From a bacterium (lineage in GTDB: Bacteria; Electryoneota; Electryoneia; Electryoneales; Electryoneaceae), in contig CAXXKJ010000002.1 of assembly GCA_963675295.2 (NCBI GenBank), positions 192,001 through 256,000 on the forward strand: DNA of 64,000 nucleotides, in the 5' to 3' direction. The notes beneath the pieces are model-generated. The model had not been told where the DNA came from. It saw only the letters and a program-made list of their open reading frames with translations, and searched no databases. Shown here one piece after another: positions 40,804-49,964 of the stretch. A program made the position numbers and the translations under genes. Position 1 is the stretch's first letter; every line of letters begins with the position of its first letter.

Positions 40804-42984
40804 ATGAACCGTCTATTATGGGTCTTGCCGCTGTGTCTGCTGCTTGCCGGACTGGCAACCGCGGCGCCATCCCTGTTCAATGACGACATGCAGGTTGTGT
40901 TGCAGTCGGCGGATGCGGAAGAGTACGTCTACACGCTCGTCTTTTTCAGCCCGGAACCGGACGGGCAGGCGATGGCCAATTATGTGCAGGACGTTCCACT
41001 CGAGGATCGCGCCGATGTGGTCTGGTCGCAGCTCAGCGCGCAGGCCGAGGACGCGCAAGCCGATGTGCTGGACCTGCTCTATGCCCGTGAACAGACCGGC
41101 GATGCGCACACAATCCAACCGCTGGTGCTTGTAAACGCCGTCTATTGCTGGGCAAAACCAGCCGTGGTGCGTGAACTTGCGACCCGCCAGAACGTGCGTA
41201 AAATCATCCACCTGCAGGAAGAACAGGTTCTGCCGCCGGCGGAGATTGAATCCGGCGGGAACGAGCTCGACGAAATTGTCTGGGGCGTTGACCGTATCGG
41301 CGCGCCGGATGTCTGGGACATGGGCTACACCGGCGAGGGCGTGATCGTCTGCGTGCTCGATACCGGGCTGCGCTACACCCACTGGGACGTGCAGGATCAC
41401 CTCTGGGACGGCGGCCCGGACTATCCGAACCACGGCTGGGACTTCTACAACGTCGACGACGACCCGGTTGACGACAACGGGCACGGCAGCCACGTCGCTG
41501 GGATTGTCGCCAGTGACGGCAGCGCCGGATCGCAGTGCGGTGTCGCGCCGGACGCGACCCTGATGCCCGTCAAGATTATCAGCGGCGGCGGAGCCAGCAG
41601 CTACAACCTTGCCTGGGCCGGTCTCGACTGGGCGCTGGTGCAGGGCGCGGATGTCGTGATCATGGCCGTCAACTGGCACGACGTTGACGAAACATCGCGT
41701 GCCGCCTTCCGCAATGCCTACGATCAGCTCGCCGCGGCGGGGATCATTTCGGTCAATAGCGCTGGTGGCGACGGCGACAACCCGGGCACCTATCCACCGC
41801 CGGACAACATCGGAACACCGGGTTCGGTGCCGCCGCCGTGGCTGCATCCGGACCAGACAGTACCCGGCGCGACCAGCGGTCTGATCACCAGCGGCTCGAC
41901 GGACAACGCCGACGTGATCACCTACAATTCCGGACGCGGACCGTGCTCGTGGGAAGATGTTTTGCCGTACGAGGATTTCGTGTACAACGGTGGCGCGGAT
42001 CAGGGTTTGCTGAAGCCGGATGTCAGCGCACCGGGGGTGAACATCAAGTCAATCGACATCGATTTCGACACCGATTACACCAGCCGCAGCGGCAGTTCCA
42101 CCGCCGCGCCGCATGTCGCCGGCGTGTGCGCGTTGCTGCTGAGCATCAATCCGGATCTGACCATCGCGGAGATCGACTCGTTGATCGAAACGACCGCGCT
42201 GGAACTCGGCGATCCCGGCAAGGACAATGCGTATGGCTCCGGCCGGATCGATGCCTACGCCGCCGCGCAGGCAGCCGGGACACCCGCGCCTGACCTGGAG
42301 ATCGTGCTAACGCCTTCCGAGGACCCATACATCATCCCGGCCACCGGCGGCACGCTGGTGTTTGACGCCGAGATCTTGAACGATTTCGATGTGCCGACCC
42401 TCGGCCAGGTGAAAACTCAGGTGCGTTTGCCGAACGGCAACATGTACCCGTTGAACACGTACAATCTGACCTTCCTGCCGCACGCGTACCGGCTGTTCAG
42501 CGACGTGACGCAGGACATTCCGGCGATGGCTCCGGCGGGCAACTACCTGTATATCGTGCGTGGCGGATTGCGGCCGTGGGTGCCGCTCGCGTATGACTCG
42601 TTCCCGTTCAGTAAAGACGCTGCGGTCGCCAATGGCGATAACGACTGGTCGAGCAGCGGCTGGAACCTGGAACCGGGTGAGACAGCCGCGCTGGACGACG
42701 AAACCATCTCCACGCAGCCGGGCGAGTTCGCGCTAAGCGCGGCGTACCCGAACCCGTTCAATCCGGTGACGACGTTGACGTTGACCGTGCCCGTCACGGG
42801 ACAGGTACGGGTCGCGGTCTACGATCTGACCGGGCGTGAGGTGGCGCGGTTGGCTGGCGGAACGATGTCCGCAGGCACGCATGCGTTGACGTTTGACGGT
42901 TCCGCGCAGGCCAGCGGTGTGTATTTCGTTCGTGCCGAGCTGGCGGGCCAGACCGCGATGCGCAAGGTGATGCTGTTGAAGTAG
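40804..42984 (+). CDS. S8 subtilase paralog with altered active-site motifs, shared Ig-like domain and T9SS CTD
   Basis: VLDTG, HGSH, SAGGD, GSSTAAPH; GGAGG RBS before ATG 40804. Confidence 0.9.
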   Translation: MNRLLWVLPLCLLLAGLATAAPSLFNDDMQVVLQSADAEEYVYTLVFFSPEPDGQAMANYVQDVPLEDRADVVWSQLSAQAEDAQADVLDLLYAREQTGDAHTIQPLVLVNAVYCWAKPAVVRELATRQNVRKIIHLQEEQVLPPAEIESGGNELDEIVWGVDRIGAPDVWDMGYTGEGVIVCVLDTGLRYTHWDVQDHLWDGGPDYPNHGWDFYNVDDDPVDDNGHGSHVAGIVASDGSAGSQCGVAPDATLMPVKIISGGGASSYNLAWAGLDWALVQGADVVIMAVNWHDVDETSRAAFRNAYDQLAAAGIISVNSAGGDGDNPGTYPPPDNIGTPGSVPPPWLHPDQTVPGATSGLITSGSTDNADVITYNSGRGPCSWEDVLPYEDFVYNGGADQGLLKPDVSAPGVNIKSIDIDFDTDYTSRSGSSTAAPHVAGVCALLLSINPDLTIAEIDSLIETTALELGDPGKDNAYGSGRIDAYAAAQAAGTPAPDLEIVLTPSEDPYIIPATGGTLVFDAEILNDFDVPTLGQVKTQVRLPNGNMYPLNTYNLTFLPHAYRLFSDVTQDIPAMAPAGNYLYIVRGGLRPWVPLAYDSFPFSKDAAVANGDNDWSSSGWNLEPGETAALDDETISTQPGEFALSAAYPNPFNPVTTLTLTVPVTGQVRVAVYDLTGREVARLAGGTMSAGTHALTFDGSAQASGVYFVRAELAGQTAMRKVMLLK

Positions 42985-42986
42985 AA

Positions 42987-43088
42987 CAGTCGCTCGTCTC
43001 TGGTCCTTCGTCTCTCGAACGGCCGGAACGGAGAGTAATAGCTGAGTTTCCCCGGGGACACGTTGCAGCCAGCGTGTCCCTGTTTTGT
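42987..43088 (+). repeat. conserved structured 3' element with terminator (copy 2)
   Basis: Similar to 40539-40641. Confidence 0.7.
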
Positions 43089-43163
43089 AAAGATTCTCCT
43101 GGCGGCTGTCGTCAGTTTGAGGCACCACTGGCCTTGTAAGCGTTCGGTCGCGGTTTGGCGACT

Positions 43164-43299
43164 TGTCATTCCGAACGGAACGAAGAGAAGTGAGGAAGAT
43201 CCCGCTTACTTTCGGGTGCAGCGAAGAAGTCGACCGTAGGTAACCTGTTGACAAGTTGGATCTTCTTCAGGCGCAAACAGCCGCGCCTTCAGAATGACA
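43164..43299. mobile_element. MITE/REP-doublet-like palindromic element
   Basis: Outer IR TGTCATTCCGAA / TTCAGAATGACA; inner IR GAGGAAGATCC / GGATCTTCTTC. Confidence 0.55.
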
Positions 43300-43387
43300 C
43301 GCGCGCGTGGTTGCGATTCGAATGCGGGAACGGTCGCTCGTTCAACCAGCGGTACCTGCCACGGGTCTTGATCCGTGGCCGTTTTCT

Positions 43388-43441
43388 TTAGCGTCTTTTG
43401 CGTCCGTTGCGTCAGTTGCGTCCCTTGCGTCTTTTGCTTTC
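43388..43441. repeat. second 9-bp tandem array, 6 units (NTTGCGTCN)
   Basis: ttagcgtct/tttgcgtcc/gttgcgtca/gttgcgtcc/cttgcgtct/tttgctttc. Confidence 0.8.
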
Positions 43442-43662
43442 CGGGAGCCGGGAGTAACGTGTTCACGTGTGTTTCCGTCTTACGAAACATCCCGGGGTAG
43501 GGGTCGTGTGTGCTCGCGGAAACCGCATGGAGCGGAGTGGCTCGAATGGAGCGGCGCTTGTCTGGATTTCGGGAGTTCGCTAACATACCAGATTATTGGG
43601 GAAAACGTATACGGTTCGCCGGAAAAACCGGTGGGGCGTGGTATCTTGGAACGGAGGGAAGC

Positions 43663-45570
43663 ATGCTGTTTCGTCGCATGATGTTGGTTGCATTGGCGTT
43701 ACTGGTCGTAGTAAGCGCCTTTGCCCAGAAGCCGGAAACGTTGGATCGCAGCCAGATTCCGGATGAGTACAAGTGGAACCTGAATGACATTTATCCCGAT
43801 TGGGACCAGTGGGAAGCGGACAAGCCCCAGATCGAAGAGCTGATGAATCAGCTGCAGACCTACAAGGGCCGTCTGGGTGAGAGTCCGGAAGTGTTGGCTG
43901 AGATGTACACGGTTGGTGAAGATCTCGGCAGGTTGGTTGAGCGCTGGGCGTCGTATGTGTGGCTCGCGGCGGTTGTCGATCAGAAGAACATGGAGTTGAA
44001 GGCAAAGCAGCAGGAAATGGGCATCATGTTCGCCCGTTTCGGCCAGGCGATGGCATGGGTCGATCCGGAAATCCTGAGCAGCGTCCCTAAGGATGTGATG
44101 CTGACCTGGATCCAGGAAAACGGCACCCTGCGTGATCGCCAGCATGAAATCATGGAGCTCTACCGTCAGCAGGAGCACGTGCTCGACGAACAGGGTGAGT
44201 ATCTGCTGTCGCTGTCGTCCCAGCTGCAGGGCAATCCGGGCAGCACTTACAATTCGCTGTCGACGGCGGATGTGGAATTCCCGGAAGTAACGCTTTCCGA
44301 CGGCGAGACGATCAAGGCGACGCACGCCAACTACGGCCTCGCGAAGGAAACCTTCCGCAACCAGGAAGACCGGATGAAGGTCTTCAAGGCGCACTTCAGC
44401 ACCTACGATGATTTCGAAAACACCTACGCCTCGATTTTTGATGGCATGCTGCAGTCGAACTGGTACGAGACCCAGGCGCGTAACTACAACTCCGCCGCCG
44501 AGATGTACCTCGACCAGAACAACATCCCGATCGATGTCATGACCGGCATCATCGAGCAGGCCAAGCTGGGCGTGGAACCGCTGCAGAAGTACAACCGTCT
44601 GCGCAAGGAAGTGATGGGGCTGGAAGAGTACCGTTACTTCGACATGTACATGCCGTTGGTCGAGATCGACTGGCCGTTCTACTATGACAACCTGCAGCCG
44701 ATGATCATGGAATCGCTGGAAATTTTCGGCGATGACTATTGTGATCAGGCCGAGCGCGCCTTTAACGAAGGCTGGTTTGATATTTACGAAGCCGAAGGCA
44801 AGCGTTCCGGCGCTTTCAGCGCGGGCGTCTACGGCGTGCACCCGTACATGATGCTGAACCATGCGGACACGATGAACGATGCGTTCACCCTCGCCCATGA
44901 GCTCGGCCACACGATGCACACCGTGCTCTCCGACAACAACCAGCCTTACCACAGCAAGGATTACACGATCTTCGTCGCGGAGATCGCCTCTACGATGAAC
45001 GAGCAGTTGTTCCTCGATTACCTGCTGGACCACACCGACGATCCGGACAAGCGGATTGCGTTGCTCGAGCACGCGATCAACAGCATCCACGGTACGTTCT
45101 ACCGTCAGCTGATGTTCGGCGACTTTGAATACAAGATGCACACGGCGGTGCAGAACGGTATGCCGATCACCGCGGCGACGCTGCAGGAGATGTACCTCGA
45201 AAGCCTGAACGATTTCTTCGGCGACAGCCTCGACGATCAGGACTGGTACAAGAACACCTGGGCGCGCATTCCGCACTTCCAGCGTCCGTTCTACGTCTAC
45301 CAGTACGCGACCAGCATCGCGGCCTCCAGCCTGATTTATGATCGCATCACGAACGAAGACAAGTATTCAAAGAAGGAACGCAAGCAGGCCAAGGAAGCCT
45401 ATCTCGAACTGCTGATGTCCGGTGGCAACGACTACCCGATCGAGCAGTGCAAGAAGGCCGGCGTCGACTTCATGACCCCGGCTCCGGGCGAAGCGATGGT
45501 TGCGAAGATGACCCAGCTCGTCGACCAGCTCGAGCAGGAACTGATCCGCAAGGGTCTGCTGGAAGGGTAA
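43663..45570 (+). CDS. pepF: oligoendopeptidase F (M3B) with signal peptide
   Basis: RSQIPDEYKWNL, GKRSGAFS, HPYMMLN, HELGH, FVAEIAST.NE, WARIPHF, YVYQYA. Confidence 0.93.
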   Translation: MLFRRMMLVALALLVVVSAFAQKPETLDRSQIPDEYKWNLNDIYPDWDQWEADKPQIEELMNQLQTYKGRLGESPEVLAEMYTVGEDLGRLVERWASYVWLAAVVDQKNMELKAKQQEMGIMFARFGQAMAWVDPEILSSVPKDVMLTWIQENGTLRDRQHEIMELYRQQEHVLDEQGEYLLSLSSQLQGNPGSTYNSLSTADVEFPEVTLSDGETIKATHANYGLAKETFRNQEDRMKVFKAHFSTYDDFENTYASIFDGMLQSNWYETQARNYNSAAEMYLDQNNIPIDVMTGIIEQAKLGVEPLQKYNRLRKEVMGLEEYRYFDMYMPLVEIDWPFYYDNLQPMIMESLEIFGDDYCDQAERAFNEGWFDIYEAEGKRSGAFSAGVYGVHPYMMLNHADTMNDAFTLAHELGHTMHTVLSDNNQPYHSKDYTIFVAEIASTMNEQLFLDYLLDHTDDPDKRIALLEHAINSIHGTFYRQLMFGDFEYKMHTAVQNGMPITAATLQEMYLESLNDFFGDSLDDQDWYKNTWARIPHFQRPFYVYQYATSIAASSLIYDRITNEDKYSKKERKQAKEAYLELLMSGGNDYPIEQCKKAGVDFMTPAPGEAMVAKMTQLVDQLEQELIRKGLLEG

Positions 45571-45596
45571 GTAAACCCGCCAGTATGAGCACTCAA

Positions 45597-45632
45597 GGCC
45601 GGTCCATTTTGAATGGGCCGGTCTTTTTTTTT
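45597..45632 (+). terminator. intrinsic terminator after pepF
   Basis: GGCCGGTCCATT-TTG-AATGGGCCGGTC followed by T9. Confidence 0.75.
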
Positions 45633-45752
45633 CGTCCCAGCCTCCGAGCCATTTCGTAGAAAATATCTCAATCAAACCAGTTCCAGGATGGCGAACTTCT
45701 TTTTTTTTGTACTTTCACTAGCATGCAGCAGTGTTATCATTCGGAGGGAATC

Positions 45753-48158
45753 ATGCGTATCACTGTCACTTGCATCATTTTGCTGGCCCTTGCATCAACG
45801 GGCCTCGCCCAGTACGGTCCGGAAATCCAGATCATCGAGTACATCTACGACCAGAACGACATCACCCTCGCCGACATGGACGGCGATGGCGACCTCGATC
45901 TGCTCTACGACGGCATGTGGAACAACGACAACACCCGCGACTTTGTCGAATGGCTTGAGCAGGACGAAGCCCAAACGATCCGTCATCCGATCGACCACGG
46001 CTTCCTCTCCCGCGATTTCCAGGCTGCGGATATGGATGGGGACGGCGATCTCGACGTCGTCATGGGCGCGAGCGAGTTCGTCGCGTGGTACGAAAACACC
46101 GGCTCGGACGATTGGGTGCAGCACATGGTGGATGAAACCATCGACGCGATCCTCGTTCGCCCAGCGGATCTTGACCTGGACGGAGATCTTGATATCGTCA
46201 CCACCGGCATGGACCAGTTCTGCTGGCATGAAAACACGGGTGTTGGTTGGATTTATCACCCGTTGAACGACCTGCGGGCGAGTAACCTGGACGTCGCCGA
46301 CATGGACGGCGACGGCGACATCGACCTGCTCACCAGCATGCCGTACCCGCTGCATGTGGACTGGTGGGAAAACGACGGCGCGGTGTTCACGATCCACGAT
46401 ATCTGGGAGGAGATTCCCGCAGACGTTGACCCGGTCGACATTGACGGGGATGGCGATATGGACGTGCTCGCCACCGGGCAATCGGTCGCGATCTATCAGA
46501 ATACCGATTGGCAGTGGACGCGCAACCCGGTGTATCAGTTCACTCCCGGACGGAGCGCCTATGTGTCCGTAGCCGGCGACCTCGAGGGCGACGGCGATAT
46601 CGACATCATCACCCTCTTCGGCGATCCCGACCGTGGCGTCCCGGACATCTTCCAGTTCCGGCAGGAAGGTGGAAACTGGACGGAGGGATTCGTCACCTAT
46701 GATTTTTACGATCCGTACAACGTCGAGCTGGTGGATCTGAATGATGACGGCCTGCTGGATATCGTCACGGTGTCGAAACAGCTGAACGAAATCGCCTGGT
46801 TCCAGCAGCATGACCAGTGGTGGGAGAAGAAACGAATCCAGGGCAACGGCCTGCCGGGCGAGGAGATCTCGCAGCAGCCCATCGATTGGGATGCGGATGG
46901 CGACACCGATTTCTTCGAGCTGCGCGTCCAGCCGAACCAGGTGGTGATCTACGAAAACCGGCAGTCGTCCTGGTCAACGCACAGTATCCTCCAGACGGCG
47001 ATGAAACCGAACTACGCGACGCCGTGCGATCTCGACGCCGACGGCGACTTCGACATTCTCGCAATCGGCAACCAGAAGCGAACCTTCGCGTGGTACGAAG
47101 ATGTTGGCGGCGAGTACGCCTACCATCTGATTGACTACGCTCCGCATGAACCGCTGTATCACGGGTTCAGTCTTGTCATCCCGGGCAACCTGGACGACGA
47201 TCCCGAGCTGGAAGTGCTGGCCTACCGTGATCAATTCCTGATCGGGTATGATCGCAACGGGAATACCTGGGAGCGTCATCTCCTCGCGGTCTTCACAAGT
47301 GGCTGGTACCATAGCTCGGCCGCTGGCGGCGACTTGATGGATATGGATGGGGACGGCGACCTCGACCTGGTGACCACGCTGGACGGCCTGCGCTGCTACG
47401 AAAACGAGGGCGCGAACTGGATCGAACACATCATCTATGATTCGAACTCCGGTCCGGAACACATCAAAACCGGTGACGTTGACCTGGACGGCTACCCTGA
47501 CATTCTCTACCAGAGTGCCGGGAATATCGAATTTTATCACAACGAAGGCGGCTACACGTTCAGCATGACCGAGCTGGTCGATTCTGGGTTGGGCTTTGAC
47601 CTTGCGGACGTCGACGGCGATCTCGACCTGGATCTCGCGACCAGCTACCGTGTTGCCGATGATGTTTACACCGCCAGCCTGTTCCTCTGGGATGGGACCA
47701 CTTTTACGGAAACGATCATCGATTCGGTGGCGTACTACGAAACCTGGTTCGGCGATTATGACGCAGACGGAGATCCAGATCTGTTCCTGCGCCCGTGGAA
47801 TGGTTATGCGTGGCGGGAAAACCTGTACAATGCCGCCCCCGGAACATTCACCAGCGCGACAGCCATCAACCCGGATCAGACAGCGCTTCCGACGATCTTT
47901 TCCGTCAGCACCCCGTACCCGAACCCGTTCAACGCGACGGCGACCGTCACGCTGCAACTGCCACAAACCGGGATGGTTCGTGTCTCGCTGATCAACGTCC
48001 TCGGCCGTGAGGTTGGCGTACTGGTTGATGGCGTGCTGCCGGCTGGAACACACCCGCTGTCGATCAATGCACGGAATCTCGCGTCGGGCGTTTATTTCGT
48101 ACGGGCTGAAGCCGCCGCGGGACAATCATCCCAGACGATAACGGTTGTCTTGAAGTAG
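45753..48158 (+). CDS. FG-GAP/VCBS-repeat protein with T9SS CTD
   Basis: More than 10 DxDGDGDxD motifs with W.EN; PYPNPFN...VVLK; GGAGG RBS. Confidence 0.88.
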   Translation: MRITVTCIILLALASTGLAQYGPEIQIIEYIYDQNDITLADMDGDGDLDLLYDGMWNNDNTRDFVEWLEQDEAQTIRHPIDHGFLSRDFQAADMDGDGDLDVVMGASEFVAWYENTGSDDWVQHMVDETIDAILVRPADLDLDGDLDIVTTGMDQFCWHENTGVGWIYHPLNDLRASNLDVADMDGDGDIDLLTSMPYPLHVDWWENDGAVFTIHDIWEEIPADVDPVDIDGDGDMDVLATGQSVAIYQNTDWQWTRNPVYQFTPGRSAYVSVAGDLEGDGDIDIITLFGDPDRGVPDIFQFRQEGGNWTEGFVTYDFYDPYNVELVDLNDDGLLDIVTVSKQLNEIAWFQQHDQWWEKKRIQGNGLPGEEISQQPIDWDADGDTDFFELRVQPNQVVIYENRQSSWSTHSILQTAMKPNYATPCDLDADGDFDILAIGNQKRTFAWYEDVGGEYAYHLIDYAPHEPLYHGFSLVIPGNLDDDPELEVLAYRDQFLIGYDRNGNTWERHLLAVFTSGWYHSSAAGGDLMDMDGDGDLDLVTTLDGLRCYENEGANWIEHIIYDSNSGPEHIKTGDVDLDGYPDILYQSAGNIEFYHNEGGYTFSMTELVDSGLGFDLADVDGDLDLDLATSYRVADDVYTASLFLWDGTTFTETIIDSVAYYETWFGDYDADGDPDLFLRPWNGYAWRENLYNAAPGTFTSATAINPDQTALPTIFSVSTPYPNPFNATATVTLQLPQTGMVRVSLINVLGREVGVLVDGVLPAGTHPLSINARNLASGVYFVRAEAAAGQSSQTITVVLK

Positions 48159-48182
48159 TCTGAGGCTTGAGCCTGCAAACAG

Positions 48183-48212
48183 AACCCGGGACGATACACC
48201 GTCCCGGGTTTT
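48183..48212. terminator. bidirectional terminator between convergent genes
   Basis: AACCCGGGACG-ATACAC-CGTCCCGGGTT TT. Confidence 0.7.
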
Positions 48213-48237
48213 CTCGTGGCGCATGACGTCGCGCCGT

Positions 48238-49824
48238 CTATTTCATCAGCACAACGTTCTGCTGTGCTGTCTGGTCAGCGTAGTTGAGCTGCACCACGTA
48301 CACCCCGCTGGCATTGCCGGGCGCGTCCAGTTCAACCCGGTGTTCCCCGGCGGCATAGTCCGCACGGCTGGACTGAACCGTCTGGCCGAGCGTGTTGATC
48401 AGGGTGACCGTCACCTCGCCTCCCGCCGCCAGGCTGAACGGGACGGTTACCGTCGGATTGAACGGGTTCGGGTACGCCGCCGCAACCTCGAACGTTGATG
48501 GGACGGCGGACTGGTCCTGATCGTCCTCGACCGCGGCATCGGCCACATCGCGCACCAGCATGACATAGTTGAAGCTGCGGGAGGCGTCCCCCTGCGGCGC
48601 GTTGCCCAGGTAGTATCCGTCCGGGAGGTAATTGTAGCCGGAGAAGTCGCCGTCCTTCGGATCTGACCGCTGGCAGCCCGCGCTGTGCACATCCATCCAC
48701 TGGTTCATCATGGTGCCCATCCCGCGTCCGAAGCAGACGTAGACGCCGCTGTCGCCCATCCCGTTGCTCTTGATGTGTGTCGTGCTGCTCCAGTACCACG
48801 GCCAGTCTGTCTCGCCTTCCTCGTTTGTGATCTGAGTCGGGTTGAACAGCGGGTCAATCGCCGCCGAACCGGTCGCGCCCGGCGCACGGTCATAATCCAC
48901 GATGCTCTGCAGTTCCTTCGCGTTCGGCAGACGCCAGTCGCTGTAGCCGAGGTAGGTTTCGTCGTTCATCTGCTGCGCGTACGCCAACGCCTCCGACCAT
49001 AACACGCCGGATCGCGGGCCGCTGCCGTCGCCGCCATGATCGTTCTGCGTCCACATCAGGCCGGTCGCATTGTCGCTGATGGTGCCGTCGCCGTTGTCCA
49101 CGAACGCGTTGTTGCCGTAGTCGGTGTTGCCACGCACATAGTAGACATAGCGTGGCGCATACATCGGCGCGCCGGTCGGATAGCCCTTGATGCGGCCGTC
49201 CGCGAGGTTCAGCCCGAATGCGGCTTCCTGCCCGTCGAACACGTCGTCCAGGCACACGTTGCTCGACCAGAACTGCGCGTCGATGATGCGGTCGCCGGCG
49301 CCTTCATCGCCATAGGCGAAGTCGAAGTACGTGGTGTCAATGAACGGGATCGGATCCACCGGGTCCGGTCCGGACGGATCAGTGCCGTCGAAGTTCATCA
49401 GCGAGTACAGTTCCTTGATCGATGGCAGCCGCCAGTCGCTGTAGCCGCCGAATTCTTCCGCGTTCAACTGATCCGCATACGCCTGCGTTTCCGAATACAG
49501 CAGTTTGTCGTCATAGTCGATGTCGCCGTCCCGGTCGGTGTCCGGACTCTTCGTCCACGTCAGACCGGTGTTGTTGTCGTACACCGTCAAGCCGTCCCCG
49601 GAAACGGTGTAGCTCGGCTGAATACCGTCGATCTGAGCGTCCTGACCGTAGAATGCGTCTCCGGCGGACGGCGGATTGATCGCCACGTTGTTGTCGTAGC
49701 ACTGCGTCTGGCCGGTGTCAACGATCGGGTAGGTGACATCCGCCACGGCTATCGTCGCCAGCATCAGCAGCACAACGACAATTGTCTCGAGTCGAAACCT
49801 TCCATTCCTGATTGGGTAGCGCAT
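48238..49824 (-). CDS. DUF1566/Lcl-domain protein (two domains) with T9SS CTD
   Basis: Two D..TGL.W ... DWRLP..KEL.S motifs; AYPNPFNP. Confidence 0.88.
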   Translation of the reverse strand: MRYPIRNGRFRLETIVVVLLMLATIAVADVTYPIVDTGQTQCYDNNVAINPPSAGDAFYGQDAQIDGIQPSYTVSGDGLTVYDNNTGLTWTKSPDTDRDGDIDYDDKLLYSETQAYADQLNAEEFGGYSDWRLPSIKELYSLMNFDGTDPSGPDPVDPIPFIDTTYFDFAYGDEGAGDRIIDAQFWSSNVCLDDVFDGQEAAFGLNLADGRIKGYPTGAPMYAPRYVYYVRGNTDYGNNAFVDNGDGTISDNATGLMWTQNDHGGDGSGPRSGVLWSEALAYAQQMNDETYLGYSDWRLPNAKELQSIVDYDRAPGATGSAAIDPLFNPTQITNEEGETDWPWYWSSTTHIKSNGMGDSGVYVCFGRGMGTMMNQWMDVHSAGCQRSDPKDGDFSGYNYLPDGYYLGNAPQGDASRSFNYVMLVRDVADAAVEDDQDQSAVPSTFEVAAAYPNPFNPTVTVPFSLAAGGEVTVTLINTLGQTVQSSRADYAAGEHRVELDAPGNASGVYVVQLNYADQTAQQNVVLMK

Positions 49825-49964
49825 TTTTTTCTCCCTTGTGGTGGTTGGGGTCTACAGATTGGACGCCTGCATTGCTGTCAGGGTTTAGTCCAGGTTCAAT
49901 TCATCGTGGCGCAATCCTCTCGCCGGCGCTATTTTCCCTCTCCAACCCGAACCAACAACCGGAG

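Noticed and set aside
48238-49824. DUF1566 protein as a DGR target
   Set aside because: No template repeat or RT seen, and the C-terminus is a T9SS CTD rather than a variable region.
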